IMG/VR virus record: IMGVR_UViG_3300035499_000522
Span: 72,731-136,730 of that record
Source of the DNA: a virus
Lineage: Duplodnaviria; Caudoviricetes
DNA: 64,000 bases
Reading direction: 5' to 3' (one strand)
Part shown: in pieces, positions 41,401-52,362 of the stretch
Position numbering within the stretch: position 1 is the first letter of the stretch
Layout of the letters: the number at the start of each line of letters is the position of its first letter
The notes under the pieces: generated by a model
Seen by the model: only the letters and a program-made list of their open reading frames with translations
Database searches by the model: none
Told to the model about the DNA's origin: nothing
Made by a program: the position numbers and the translations under genes

Positions 41401-41506
41401 CTTCTTTTGACATTGCATAAATATTCTATAAAGATTTAGTTAATTCATTTAATCCTGATTTATCGACGGTATAGCCTATTTCAAAATTTATTTTGTTACT
41501 AGCCAT
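29460..41506 (-). CDS. tape measure protein (~3,613 aa); exon 1 41506-40298, exon 2 39092-29460
   Basis: All minus-strand fragments I checked from 39095 to 29460 share one frame. TP901-type core (LNDIRIVTG, LAAVAAS, ESVGTALKTIYARM, AGTR|QYNNLIALFDNW), long coiled coils, and C-terminal YDTGGYTG...LHEKELVLN. Confidence 0.88.
39093..40297 (-). ncRNA. group I intron in tape measure gene
   Basis: Exon CACGCGU pairs with IGS GCGCGUG (U.G at the splice site). AGACUAUA / AUAGUC P7-type elements. Terminal G 39093. Splicing gives GTR-QYNN. Confidence 0.88.
39189..40061 (-). CDS. intron-encoded HNH homing endonuclease, two tandem NUMOD4/HNH modules plus NUMOD1 (290 aa, 5 TAG)
   Basis: HRLVA...VNHKDGNKLNNNVDNLEW; second HRLVY...NHIDGNK(Q)NNRLDNLE; VG(Q)YDL...YRSANEASR. 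Confidence 0.88.
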
Positions 41507-41594
41507 ATCTTCCTTTTACCTCCTTATAAAAAATAAAAGCCTTTACTATTTTTAAATGATAGTAAAGGCTTAGTTTTTAATTTAATTTGCCCTT

Positions 41595-42149
41595 TTAGTC
41601 AACAGGCTAATTAGTCTTTATATCCCTGTTTCCATTTGCGGCTTGGGCAAATTGAATAACATTTTGATATTTATCCTTATCAAAAGTGTCAATAATATCT
41701 TGTGCGGCAGCAGCTGATTTAGGGAGGTCACTAATAACTTTAGCGGCAACCGCACCAATTGATTTGTTATATTCAAACTCTTGCTGAATAGTTTCATTAA
41801 TATAATCGTAAAGATTATTATATTCATCTTGCGGAATTGTTTCAATAAGTTTACCAATAAAACCTGAACTCTACAAAGCATCATAGAGTTTGGCTTCGTC
41901 TTCCCGCTGTTTATCTGTAAATTTCAAATTAGTATACATATAAACAAGATGTAAATGGAAATACATATCAATTTTAAGAGGATTATAGTATCCATTTTCT
42001 TTAGATTTCTAAAGAGTAACCATTAAAAGGTCATATTTATCATTTATTGGTAAATAATTCAATACTTCAATTTCTGTATCATTAAAATTAAAAGTATTAA
42101 TACTATTATCCTTTTTTAATTTTAAATTAGTATAACTAATTGTACTCAT
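41595..42149 (-). CDS. putative tail assembly chaperone (184 aa)
   Basis: AAGGAG SD; one frame with 3 TAG; immediately upstream of the tape measure. Confidence 0.6.
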
Positions 42150-42191
42150 ATTTTTCTCCTTTTATTTCAATATCTTTTTTCTATTACTATA

Positions 42192-42220
42192 AGTATAACA
42201 TAAAAATTTTTATTTGTCAA
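42192..42220 (-). promoter_or_regulatory. sigmaA-type promoter
   Basis: TTGACA-17-TATACT with TG extension. Confidence 0.7.
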
Positions 42221-42221
42221 G

Positions 42222-43310
42222 TTATTGAATTACATTTAAACCTAATTTTTTTATATTTTTATTTATATTAGAAATAGCTATTTCTTCTGCTTTTTTGTCT
42301 ATATTATTATTAAAACTTTCTCGATTAGTTACATAAATATCTGTTAAAGCTTTAATCATTTCATTTTCATTTTTTTTATCCAAAGCTTCATTAACTGCTT
42401 TTAATGTAGTAGCTATTGATGATATCTATATTAAATTAGCACTTGAGTTATATACTGCTTTTAATTGTTCGGTTCCTATATCACCAATTTGCCATCCCTT
42501 ATCGCCATTTCTTAAAGATTCTTTAATTAAGGCTTCTGCAAGTGATTCAGTATTATAATTATTGCTATTGCCTATATAATTTATAGTTTTATATTTATCT
42601 ATTGTTCTAAGAACTTTGTATGCTTCAAATGCATGACCTAAATTTCCTATATTTATTTTTTTTTGATGGTTGACTAAAGAATCCCATAAATTTGGTTTAT
42701 CTAAAGATGTTATAATTTTATTAAGTTCATTTTCATTTTTTTCTAATTTATTTATTAATTTATTTATTGCTGTATTACTTAAAGATAAAGACATCTAATT
42801 AGACAACTTAGTTTCTTCATTAACAATTTTATAATCAGACAAAGTTAATGATATTGCTGGAAATAACTATTGTAAAGTTAAATGTGCTTCTAGTAATTCT
42901 TCTTTGGATTGATATAAAATAGTATAAGTGATTTCCTAATCAGTTAAAATTTCTCTTATATAATGTAATAATTTATATCCTTTAATAAAATATTGTGTTA
43001 TTTCATTTATATCTTTTAAATTTTTAATATGCTTTTTTTGAGATACATATTTTTTTATAATTTTATTTAAACCTGCATAACTTAAATCTTTTTCACCTTT
43101 ATTGCTAGATATTGCTAAAGATTTTTTTTCTTCTAATGTAAAATTATTATATATAGTTATTAATTTTTTATCAAATCTTTCTTTAGTTTTTAACCATTGA
43201 GAGATACTTTTTTGTATAGACACAATTGTATCATCATTAAAAACTATTTCTTTAGTTTTATCTTCAAATTTTTCTATAAATTCTTTTAAATAATCATACT
43301 AAGCTGCCAT
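42222..43310 (-). CDS. Lys/Asn/Ile-rich protein (362 aa) with a possible PD-(D/E)XK-like motif
   Basis: GGGGTG SD; joins 42936-43223 and 42426-42794; GHAFE...GDIGTEQLK. Confidence 0.65.
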
Positions 43311-43335
43311 AATAAATCACCCCCAAAAAGATATA

Positions 43336-43368
43336 AAAAAAAGAGGATATATAAAATATCCTCTTTAT
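43336..43368 (-). terminator. Rho-independent terminator after tail tube
   Basis: AAAGAGGATAT / ATATCCTCTTT stem with a T-run on the minus strand. Confidence 0.7.
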
Positions 43369-43401
43369 TTATATTAATCAATTAAGATTAAAATTTAATT
43401 A

Positions 43402-45463
43402 TTAGTCGCCCTCTTCAGCACCAGTTAAGTAACTATCCTGATACTGATTATCCTTTATAGTAGAATCTCCTGCGAGTTCCTCATCAGTATAAGGCTTGAA
43501 CTCTTCCTTAGGGTCAGAAGTATGTGTCATAACTGACTTGATTTCCTCTGTTGCAGAAGTACTATCCTCAACAATCTGGATTACACAAAGAACCTTCTTA
43601 GTGCTATCAAAATAAGTGTAGCCGGGGAATGCGTCCATTGTGAAAGAGAATGTTGAAGGGTCGCCAGTTGAAGCCATTGTAAATGTAAAGTTAGACTGAA
43701 TCTTTACGTTAGGGAATGTAATTTCAGCAGGCATATCAACACCTGTATCCTAACGTCTAAATAATGTACTAGCTTCTACATAGTAATAACCAGCGAAGTT
43801 CTCGGCATCAATCTGAAGTTCAGAAATAACATTACCGCCCTTGACTACATAATAGTCTACTAATACAGAAGTCTGAGATGTAATTTCTTTAGCCTGAAGA
43901 CTCTTCTTGTCCTCGCCAATAGCTACTTCAATAACCTCACCTGTAACAGAGCCGTCTACCTCAGTCTTTACAACAAAGATAGGAGCATCTTCACAAATTG
44001 TATCACTACCAAGAGCATCAGCTAAATCAATCTTACCAGAAGCGTCTGCAATAGTAGCAGTAGTTGTATGAACGTGTACTTTTTCTGTATTATCTTTACC
44101 CTTAATTAAACCTGCACCAGAAAGAATAGAGAAGCCAATAGGAGAGAGCAAAGCATCCTCAACCGTGAATGTTAAAGTTTTTTCCATTTTTATTCTATAT
44201 AGTTCGCTACGCTATATACGTTCTTTTAAGAACTGCTACACCTTTATATATACGTGTAGATTAGACTATATCATCATCCTGCTCAATGCAGGAGCTTAGT
44301 GCTTCCATTGCCAAACGCTTGCAATGTACTCCCTTGCGGGATAGTCGTTGAACCTTTTTATTTTTTAAACCTATCTTGTCTTTGAGTATTTTCGCTTTGA
44401 GTAATTTTCTATAAATTATCTAATTTATTATTTTTAGGATTATTATCAATATGGTCAATAACATATCCTTCTAAATCATAATCATTATGAAAAATACAAT
44501 ACACCAATCTATGAATATAATAATGTTTACTTTTGTTTGGGTAAAATGCTATTCTTTGATATTTTTGATTTTCATCTAAATACAAAAGTCTATTAGTCTT
44601 ATTATTTTTAATTCTACCCATATTAGATATAGAATAATTTGCGTTAAATGGAATTTCTAGCCATTCTTCGCCATCTAAATCTTTTATATGGTATCTTGGC
44701 GGTCTTACTGCTTTATTTTGATTTTTTGATTGGTGTTCTTTTGAATTATCCTTGGCGGAAATCCATTCAAGATTATTTACATTATTATTTAATTTATTTT
44801 CGTCTTTATGATGTACATAAGGTAAATTATTAGGATTAGGAATAAAATATTCTGCTACTAATCTATGAGCATATATCATTTTACTTAGCTTTTTATTAGA
44901 AGTGGATGATAGTCTATCTCCTAAAGCTAAAGCATATACCTAATATCCTACATTATCTACTTTACCAGATAAAAACCTATTTGCTTTTTTACTATATAAG
45001 CGTCCATCTGAATAAATTAAATAATCATTATCTTCTTTTAAAGGTTTAAAATCTAAACTCGGCTGCTGAACTTCTTCCATATTTATTTCTCCTTTATTTA
45101 AATTAAATATAAAAGACTTAACAGCAATTCACTAAGTATTTCTAAAAGATGTTACCATCTTTGGAAGGGCAAAAAATCTTTCATATTTTACTTATCATAA
45201 CATAAAATAAGTAAAATGTCAATTTTTCCCTAAACGTACCTGCCTTAAGCGCAGACTAGGGCCGTCCCTTCCCAAGCTATAAGACGCGTATTACCACGAC
45301 CACCTTGTGCATACACTGTGGTTGCTGCGCCTTCAATGGTGGAAGTTTTTGCTGTATCAATATAAAGGACAGGCTGTCCTTTTCTAAAAAGCGTACTACC
45401 AATCTTTACATCAGACTTGGCTTTGAATACTACGTCGCATATTTCACGTACACCAAAACGCAT
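43402..45463 (-). CDS. major tail (tube) protein; exon 1 45463-~45266, exon 2 ~44184-43402
   Basis: MRFGVREICDV...AQGGRGNTRLIAWEG joined to EKTLTFTVEDAL...TLFRR(Q)DTG...FTMASTGDPSTFSFTMDAFP; AAGGAGG SD; position between neck genes and chaperone/TMP. Confidence 0.8.
44358..45080 (-). CDS. intron-encoded HNH homing endonuclease with two HNH modules (240 aa, 2 TAG)
   Basis: AAGGAG SD; HRLVAEYF...HHKDENKLNNNVNNLEW; second HRLVY...DHIDNNPKNNKLDNL(Q). Confidence 0.85.
45194..45222 (-). promoter_or_regulatory. sigmaA-type promoter inside the tail tube intron, upstream of the HNH gene
   Basis: TTGACA-17-TATGAT with TG extension. Confidence 0.6.
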
Positions 45464-45496
45464 AGTTTTGTTTCCTCCTTAAAAATTATATTAGAT

Positions 45497-46243
45497 TTAT
45501 GAATGAATGTCTCCCATCCAATCATCTATATCTTTTAAATCTTTTGCTCCAGCTAATTTAGCCCTCATATATAAATCATAATTTAAATATAAAGTAAATC
45601 GCTGAAATTCATCAAACAATTGATAAACTGTATACTAAGAAAAACTATTTATATCTTTCTACTCACCAACAGCCAAAATTGAAATATATCTACTAATAAT
45701 ATTAACTTCTTTACTTTCATTTTTAATCTAAGCTACTTTTTCCTATCCCTTTTTTAGTTTATCAGCAATTTTTTTTGCTAATGCCGACTAAGGGTTATAT
45801 TCTGGATTATCTTTATTTTTCTAATTTAAACAAAACATTTCAATTATGATTTGCTTAAATATTTCAAAATTATTATTATTAATCTATCCTACTTCTTGTT
45901 CATCTTGTTTAAATATGATTGCTGTAGGTGTTAAAGAAAATGAATAGTTTGGAAATATTAATGTCAAAAGCATTAATACATTATTACAAGTTTTTCTCAT
46001 ATTAATATCATCATTATTTATCATTATTGACATTAATATTTCAAAATTTGTCCTATCAGCTAAATTAAAATTGTCCTATTCACTTAAAATCCGCTCTTTG
46101 TTAAAATTTAATAGATTACATCCTGTATAAAAGCTTTCTTCTCCTATATATGAAATTTCTTTCAAAGTAGGCTAATGTATTGTTAATGTAGCTTCTACAA
46201 AAGGAATATCAGCTTTAGTTATTAACTATAAATAACTAACCAT
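45497..46243 (-). CDS. hypothetical neck/tail-module protein (248 aa)
   Basis: One frame ATG 46243 to TAA 45497 with several TAG; not in the ORF track. Confidence 0.7.
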
Positions 46244-46245
46244 TA

Positions 46246-46824
46246 TTAATCTGCGGCGGGTATGGAGTCATCAGAACCATGAACCGCACGGTACATCAAA
46301 GTATAACCAGAAAGAGTTTCATCTAAAATAAGTTCATTACATCCTAAATAATTAAGAGTACCTATTCCAGATAATCGTGTATTATTTAATATTCCATCTA
46401 TGTAGCCGCATATCTTTAGCGGACGTAATCTATAATTTCCTATATCCCAATAGTCTGTATGGCAAAGTACATCAAAACTAATAGTGCAATCTCTAAATTC
46501 TGTATTATTAGTCTACGTAAAATTATCATATGAAATTAAAATATAGGATTTAACTTCTTCGTGTTCAGGAAATCTCAGTTTAGGTTCTAACTTAATATAG
46601 CCTTCTTCTCTTAATTTAGCAATACTCATATCCTTTAGAATATCCTTATACTAAGGGTCATCTAAATTATCTAAGCAATCTTTTGTATTAATTACTAATA
46701 ACCTCTTTAACTCATCGCTGTAAGGTCTACTTTCTATAAATAACTTTCTGAGTATTGTTTCTGTGTCTTTTTCACACTAAAGAAAAGAAGATTTAAGTTC
46801 AAATCTCATTAAATCTCTTTTCAT
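46246..46824 (-). CDS. putative tail terminator/completion protein (192 aa)
   Basis: AAGGAG SD; ...FDVLCHTDYW...RPLKICGYIDGILN...GIG; synteny. Confidence 0.6.
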
Positions 46825-46844
46825 TTATATTCTCCTTTTATCTC

Positions 46845-47831
46845 TTAAATGGATTCAATAACAATAGGTAAGATGATAGAATCTTCCTCATTCTCCATTT
46901 TATATGTTAAATTAAATTTACCGCTTTTACCAGTAGCAATTTCAATAACAACCTCATTATCAGTTTGGCTTAAAATGATAACTTTTTTACTATCAACTTG
47001 CCATTTTCCGCCAGTAATATTTTTAACCTAATAATTTATTGTATCATATGGTTTTACTTTAGTTGCCCCAATAATTTGCGGCAATTCTTTATCTATAACT
47101 TCTGGCTTCTAAGATTCTAATTCTTTCTTTATTTGCTCTTGTTCTATTGTATTTTTATATGTTTCAGCTAATTGAACTTCAATAATTCCATCTCCGCTCT
47201 CATCATCAACTGCAACAATTTCCCAAGGCTCATTATCAATAAAGATTTTCTAAAATCTATGAAAATAATTTAAAGTTTCTTCATTCTTGGTTATGTATAT
47301 AATAGCTGAATAATTAGGCGAACTCCAAGTAATATTAGATTTCTATCCCCATACCTCAGTAGTTTCAACAGGTCCACGATAATAAACTTTATAATTATGG
47401 CCATTAATCTCTACTTCTTTATCGCAGCACCTAATCTCCGCTCTAAAATAAGCTTTTTCTTTTTTGTACCAAAGATATACAATCCAATAGGTTTCACTCT
47501 AAGTATCATAAAAAGTTGAACCGGGGGCAATTAGAGTTTTTACCTAGCCCTAAGAAGCTTTACCAGTCTTCGCCGCATTAAGCTATATATCTTCATATGG
47601 AATTGAAATAATCTAATTATCATAATCAGCTTTTGTTTTATCTGGATTAATTAAACACCTAAATTCTCTATTATATTCTCCTGTTTCATCTTGAAGTAAA
47701 ATCGTAGTTGCTTGATATGAATAAAGCAAAGCTTTTTTTAAAGAACTAAGTTTATCATAATTCATTCTATCTGTTTGGATAGCACCACCACGAAATTCTA
47801 ATCTCTTAGTTAAGTTGTCTAATCCTGACAT
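46845..47831 (-). CDS. putative head-closure/head-tail joining protein with C-terminal Ig-like domain (328 aa)
   Basis: Extends the ORF-track fragment 47613-47831 through TAGs to TAA 46845; synteny. Confidence 0.6.
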
Positions 47832-48136
47832 ACTATCACCAACTTATTAATTAAAGATAAACATTCAAATATTGTTCTTCTATACAAAAGAAAATCAGAA
47901 TCTTGAGTTAAAAGAAATAATCCTTCTAACTTGCAAATAAGCGGCAACATGGTATCTTGCTGCTTATGCATTAATCTATTTATTCCACTTAATTCTTCTA
48001 TAATAGTTTCAAGCGGTTTTTCCCAATCTTTATTTTCTTCTCTACAAGGAAGTAATTTATATATTTGATTAGTTATCTTCATTAATTCTTTTTCAATAAC
48101 TGAATTATCTATTTCAAAATTATATTTTAATATCAT
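47819..48136 (-). CDS. hypothetical protein
   Basis: ORF track; overlapping neighbours. Confidence 0.7.
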   Translation of the reverse strand: MILKYNFEIDNSVIEKELMKITNQIYKLLPCREENKDWEKPLETIIEELSGINRLMHKQQDTMLPLICKLEGLFLLTQDSDFLLYRRTIFECLSLINKLVIVCQD

Positions 48137-48690
48137 CACTCATCCCCCTCATAGACTTCCATAATCTAATTCATGGTTGAGCGAATTTTTCCATTTTCAT
48201 CAATTTTTCTACGCTTATATAACCTCTGTAAATGAAAACCTTCTCGTTCATAGTCTTTCTTAACCTAGAGTAGTTTCTGCATATGGTTGGCCTAGCTTGT
48301 GAATTTAAAATCCGAACCACTATATTTCATTCGTGTATTCTCTATGCTAGCTAACTGCTATCCTAACCACTCTACAATCATATAAGTAGAAAGTATATTT
48401 ATTTCTTCAAAAGTTAAATTACTATTAAAAAAGCCCCCATCAAATAGGAAGGCTTTTACTAATTTATTATCACTTTCAATACCTTGATAGTATTGTTCAT
48501 CTTCAATGTATTCTGTTTCATACTATGAAAGGTCTATTCTTGGAAATTCAAATTTAGGAATTGACGTAATCAAAAGTTCCTCTAACATTTCATACGTATC
48601 AAGTTCTGTCAATTCTAAATATAAATCATCTGTAACTTTTGAAAGAAAAGAATCATATACTTTTGAGAAAGGAGTTACTATTTCTGACAT
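48136..48690 (-). CDS. putative head-tail adaptor (184 aa)
   Basis: GGAGG SD; ...EEINILSTYMIVEWL...YSGSDFKFTS(Q)ANH...; TGA 48136; synteny after capsid genes. Confidence 0.65.
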
Positions 48691-48710
48691 AATAATTCCT
48701 CCTATCTATA

Positions 48711-49292
48711 TTATTCTTTTATAGATGTTACATTATATGTTGGCGGCGTTGCTCTACGAGTGCTTGTAGTCTCGGTTTTAGGTGCTGCCGCACGACGAGT
48801 ATGAGTTTCCTCTTTTTCTGTTTCCGCATCCGAATCACCATCATACTTAGTATTAGCAATTTCAATTGCTCTTGTTACATCAAAATTGAGTTTATTTTTA
48901 ATAGCTTCTCTTTTTGACATATTATCAAGCGGCAATGAAACAGCTAAATTCTTTACTAATTCCAATACACCATCTGGTGCAAAATCAAGACAATCAAGAA
49001 ATTCATCTAAAGTACCTGTTAAAAGTAATTTCTTAATATCTTCCTCTGTATAATAATATTCAGGTTCTACACCGGGTAGTAATTCTTTTACCGCATCAGA
49101 ATTAGTAATAACAAGATATTCTTTAAGAATCCTCATTCCGCCCGGAACATACGATAATCTTTCCAACTCTTCAAATGTAATATCTTTTGGTTCTCTTGGT
49201 CTAAATTGTCTACGAATACCCATCTCTGGAATTTTATATCCAACTACACCAGAACGTCTATTTACGACTCTAATTAAAGTATTTTTATCCAT
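48711..49292 (-). CDS. conserved hypothetical protein downstream of major capsid
   Basis: ORF track; AAGGAG SD; no TAG. Confidence 0.75.
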   Translation of the reverse strand: MDKNTLIRVVNRRSGVVGYKIPEMGIRRQFRPREPKDITFEELERLSYVPGGMRILKEYLVITNSDAVKELLPGVEPEYYYTEEDIKKLLLTGTLDEFLDCLDFAPDGVLELVKNLAVSLPLDNMSKREAIKNKLNFDVTRAIEIANTKYDGDSDAETEKEETHTRRAAAPKTETTSTRRATPPTYNVTSIKE

Positions 49293-49320
49293 ATTTTATT
49301 TTATCTCCTTGTATCTCCTT

Positions 49321-49352
49321 AAAAAAAATAGGGAGAATTAAATCTCCCTATT
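49321..49352 (-). terminator. Rho-independent terminator after major capsid
   Basis: ATAGGGAGA / TCTCCCTAT stem with a T-run on the minus strand. Confidence 0.75.
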
Positions 49353-49373
49353 AAATTTTTAAATCTATATTAA

Positions 49374-50429
49374 TTAGTCAATTGGACTTGTTGAAGTATT
49401 GTCCATAGTAAGACTTGTATTTTCATATACACAGATGCCGGGATTAACAAGATAAGTTGCTACGCCGACCTTCTGATATGTCTGAATCTCAGTAGACCAA
49501 TCACGGTTGTCAAATGACTTAACCTGTGCACTACCCTCAAATGCTACCTTTACAGGTTTTTCAGAGCCAGTAGGAATAATATAAGCAATTGAAGGGTCAA
49601 TTACCTTCTTAGCATTGGTTTCATCTTCAAAAGACTGAGGAAGGATAATTACGTTATGTCCCTTATAACTAGAAAAATAACCATTAGTCCAAACAGTCTG
49701 CTTCATAGAATCAGAAGCCCAAGCTACATCAGGAAGCATAGTTGCCGCAAATTCAAAAGTACAATAAATAGTAGACTTGCCATAAGCATCAGCTGTTGCA
49801 AGAAGTCTATCCATTTCTACTTCATCAAAACCTGTCTGAGAAGTTGTATTTACAGGCTTAATATTCTTAACGGTTTCCTGAAGTGACTTAGCAATCTCAC
49901 GATAGATTGTTTCATCAAGACCTTCAAGTACAAGACTATAATAGTCATTCATGGTAAAGCGATTGTCAAGAAGCTCTTCCCACTCAACTCTAGCAGCTCC
50001 GCCGTATGCACTTGTAGGAACTTCGAGAGTATAACCATCAAGCTTGAAAGTTTCATATCTACCTGCAAGACCTACTTTAGTAATAAACTGCTTAGCACGC
50101 TTCTTAGAAGCTTCACTAATATTTACCTTAAATACAGGTTTTGTACCCTGTGCATAAGTCTTAACATCAGCAAACTGTCCATAATTCTGGAGAACCTTAA
50201 CAGGAAGTACTTCTGTAAGACCAACTTCCATAAGTGTATAAATCAAGTTTGCATTTTCTCTAAAAAGCTGCGGGGTTTTACCCAATTCATTTAATTCTTT
50301 AATATAAGTTTTATTCAATGCTTCTGCAGAAAGCTTCTCACCACCAAAAGAATAAGAAGTACTAGGATTCAAAGATGCCTTCGCATTAGCTCTTGCTAAT
50401 TCAATTAAATCTTGTTTGCTAAGTGCCAT
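49374..50429 (-). CDS. major capsid protein (351 aa)
   Basis: Size, strong SD, AAG/CAG-biased codons and position after protease/scaffold and decoration genes; no in-frame TAG. Confidence 0.8.
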   Translation of the reverse strand: MALSKQDLIELARANAKASLNPSTSYSFGGEKLSAEALNKTYIKELNELGKTPQLFRENANLIYTLMEVGLTEVLPVKVLQNYGQFADVKTYAQGTKPVFKVNISEASKKRAKQFITKVGLAGRYETFKLDGYTLEVPTSAYGGAARVEWEELLDNRFTMNDYYSLVLEGLDETIYREIAKSLQETVKNIKPVNTTSQTGFDEVEMDRLLATADAYGKSTIYCTFEFAATMLPDVAWASDSMKQTVWTNGYFSSYKGHNVIILPQSFEDETNAKKVIDPSIAYIIPTGSEKPVKVAFEGSAQVKSFDNRDWSTEIQTYQKVGVATYLVNPGICVYENTSLTMDNTSTSPID

Positions 50430-50450
50430 AATATATCTTTTCCTCCTTTA

Positions 50451-50981
50451 TTACTTAACTCTTTGAAGCTTAACACCGGGCTGACCGTCAGGCATTGTAT
50501 AAACTTTTGCTACTTGGAATACGGGAGCATCATCATCTGCTGTGCCCTTCTTAAGATAACCTGTTGCGGAATCTACGCTAACAAAATCCTTTTCCTCAAG
50601 TGCAATACCATCAACCTTAGCTTCATCGCTTGTGTTAGCACCAAATGTATTGGTTGTAAAAATATCTCCAACAGGAACTCTGATAAGACGAGGAACAATC
50701 TCTCCATCAATATAATCCTTAGCCTGCATTGCGAAATATCTCTGAGACTGTTTTCTCTCATCATAAAGTTTTGTTTCATTATATACGAGCAACCACTCGC
50801 CTGCGCCAGTAAGATTTACCTTACCATTTGCGTAATCATATTTTGCAAATCTGCCTTGCTCAAGTACATCACCCATTGTCTTTGTATCGAGGGGGAGCTG
50901 GTCCCACATCTGACCAGTAACAATACCAGATAACTGGTTGGGCTCTACTTGACCAAAGCCTATTCTATTAATCTAAGCCAT
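50451..50981 (-). CDS. capsid decoration/minor head protein (176 aa), begins ATG GCT TAG
   Basis: GGAGG SD; GFGQVEPNQLS...QLP...TMPDGQPGVKLQ; located between scaffold and MCP. Confidence 0.7.
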
Positions 50982-50995
50982 AGTATCCTCCTATA

Positions 50996-52351
50996 TTAGT
51001 TATTATTATTTTTTTCTACTTCTCTTACTGCTTTAACCCAATCGGGGAGCGAAGAAGTTTCTGTTTCCGGTGCCATCTAATAAGTGATAATACCTTTATC
51101 TACTATTTCATTATTTTTTGTATTATCTTCTAAATTAAAATTGACCTTTTTGTGGAAACAAATTACAGATAATTTAGATTCAATTTCACTTAAAGAATAC
51201 TTGGTCTTATTTTCAATAACATCTTTCTTATCTTCATCAGAAAGCATATAGAACTTACCAATTAACTCATCTTTCTCAGCATCTTCTTGCTTTTGCTTGT
51301 AAGAAACTAATTCAGCGTATTGTGCTTCAAGTGTTGCAAATTTTCCTTGTAATTCTGTATATTGAGATTGAAGAAGAGCATACTCATTATTCTTTTTCTT
51401 CTTATCTTCTTCGTCATCTTTCTTTTCAGAATTATCTGTTTCTTTATCATCAGCTTTTTCAGAATCAGAAGAATTAGAATCAGACTTTTCTTTCTCAGCA
51501 TCTTTCTTCTCAGGCTCTTCATTCTTGGCAAAATCAGTAGCGGGGACGTCGGTATTAGAATCCTATACCTAAGTTTCCGCATATTCAGTAACAGGAGTTA
51601 CCTCACTTGTTTCCTGAACTGTTGGATTCTGGTTTTCCATCTATTGACCTCCTTCTAATGCAGTTTGTAATTCTTGCATCATACTATATAAAGTTCTTTT
51701 AAATACATTTTCATCTTTTGTAAACTATGTACTTACTTTTGGAGCAGCTACTTCCGCACCCTCAAAGCAAGGCTCTATATCTTCACCCAGAATACATAAT
51801 TTAGAAAAGGTTGCATCATTTATAATAAAAAATTCTAAATTACTATTATTATTTTTTGTCCATTGTCCTTGAACAGAAGCTTCATCTATTTCCATTGACT
51901 AAGGTCTACCTTCTTCAATAGCAAGTTTGCATTCTTCATACTATTCTGTCCAAAGATAACCGGTAGTCATAAGATACTCTCTCGTTATTGTTTTTCCTTG
52001 TGCATTTGTATCTTCAAACTCCTAAAACCATACTTTTGCATCAGGAGAAACAAATCCATAAGGTTTTGTTTCACGCTAAAATTTAATTCCATCTGCATCT
52101 ATAGTTATAAATTCTCCATGGTCACGAAAATCTTCTTTATCATCTTTATAATAACCAACAATAGGACAACCTCTTAAGGTCTTAGCCATATCTAAAGCAA
52201 CTTCTTTAGAAATCATTGTTCTATTGTGGTTTTCGCCTATATATAAAACTTTAATCTCACAACTTGACATTAAAGGAGATATATCAGAAGGCTAAAGATT
52301 GATAAATTCTGGAGCATTAATAGTCGCAACAGACATACTATACTATCGCAT
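50996..52351 (-). CDS. prohead protease / scaffold fusion (451 aa)
   Basis: GGAGG SD; GENHNRT, PIVGYY...DFRDHG, PYGFV, GYLW, (Q)SME, LCILGEDIEPCFEGA, followed by an acidic coiled-coil scaffold region. Confidence 0.8.
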
Positions 52352-52362
52352 TTTATCCCTCC

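Larger units (their letters stand above)
44185..45265 (-). ncRNA. group I intron in tail tube gene (splice sites +/-1 nt)
   Basis: 3' half is closely similar to the terminase intron (TTCAACGACTATCCCGCAAGGGAGTACATT...ATAGTCTAATCTA...AAATG). IGS GCCCUUCC pairs with exon GGAAGGG. Confidence 0.82.
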
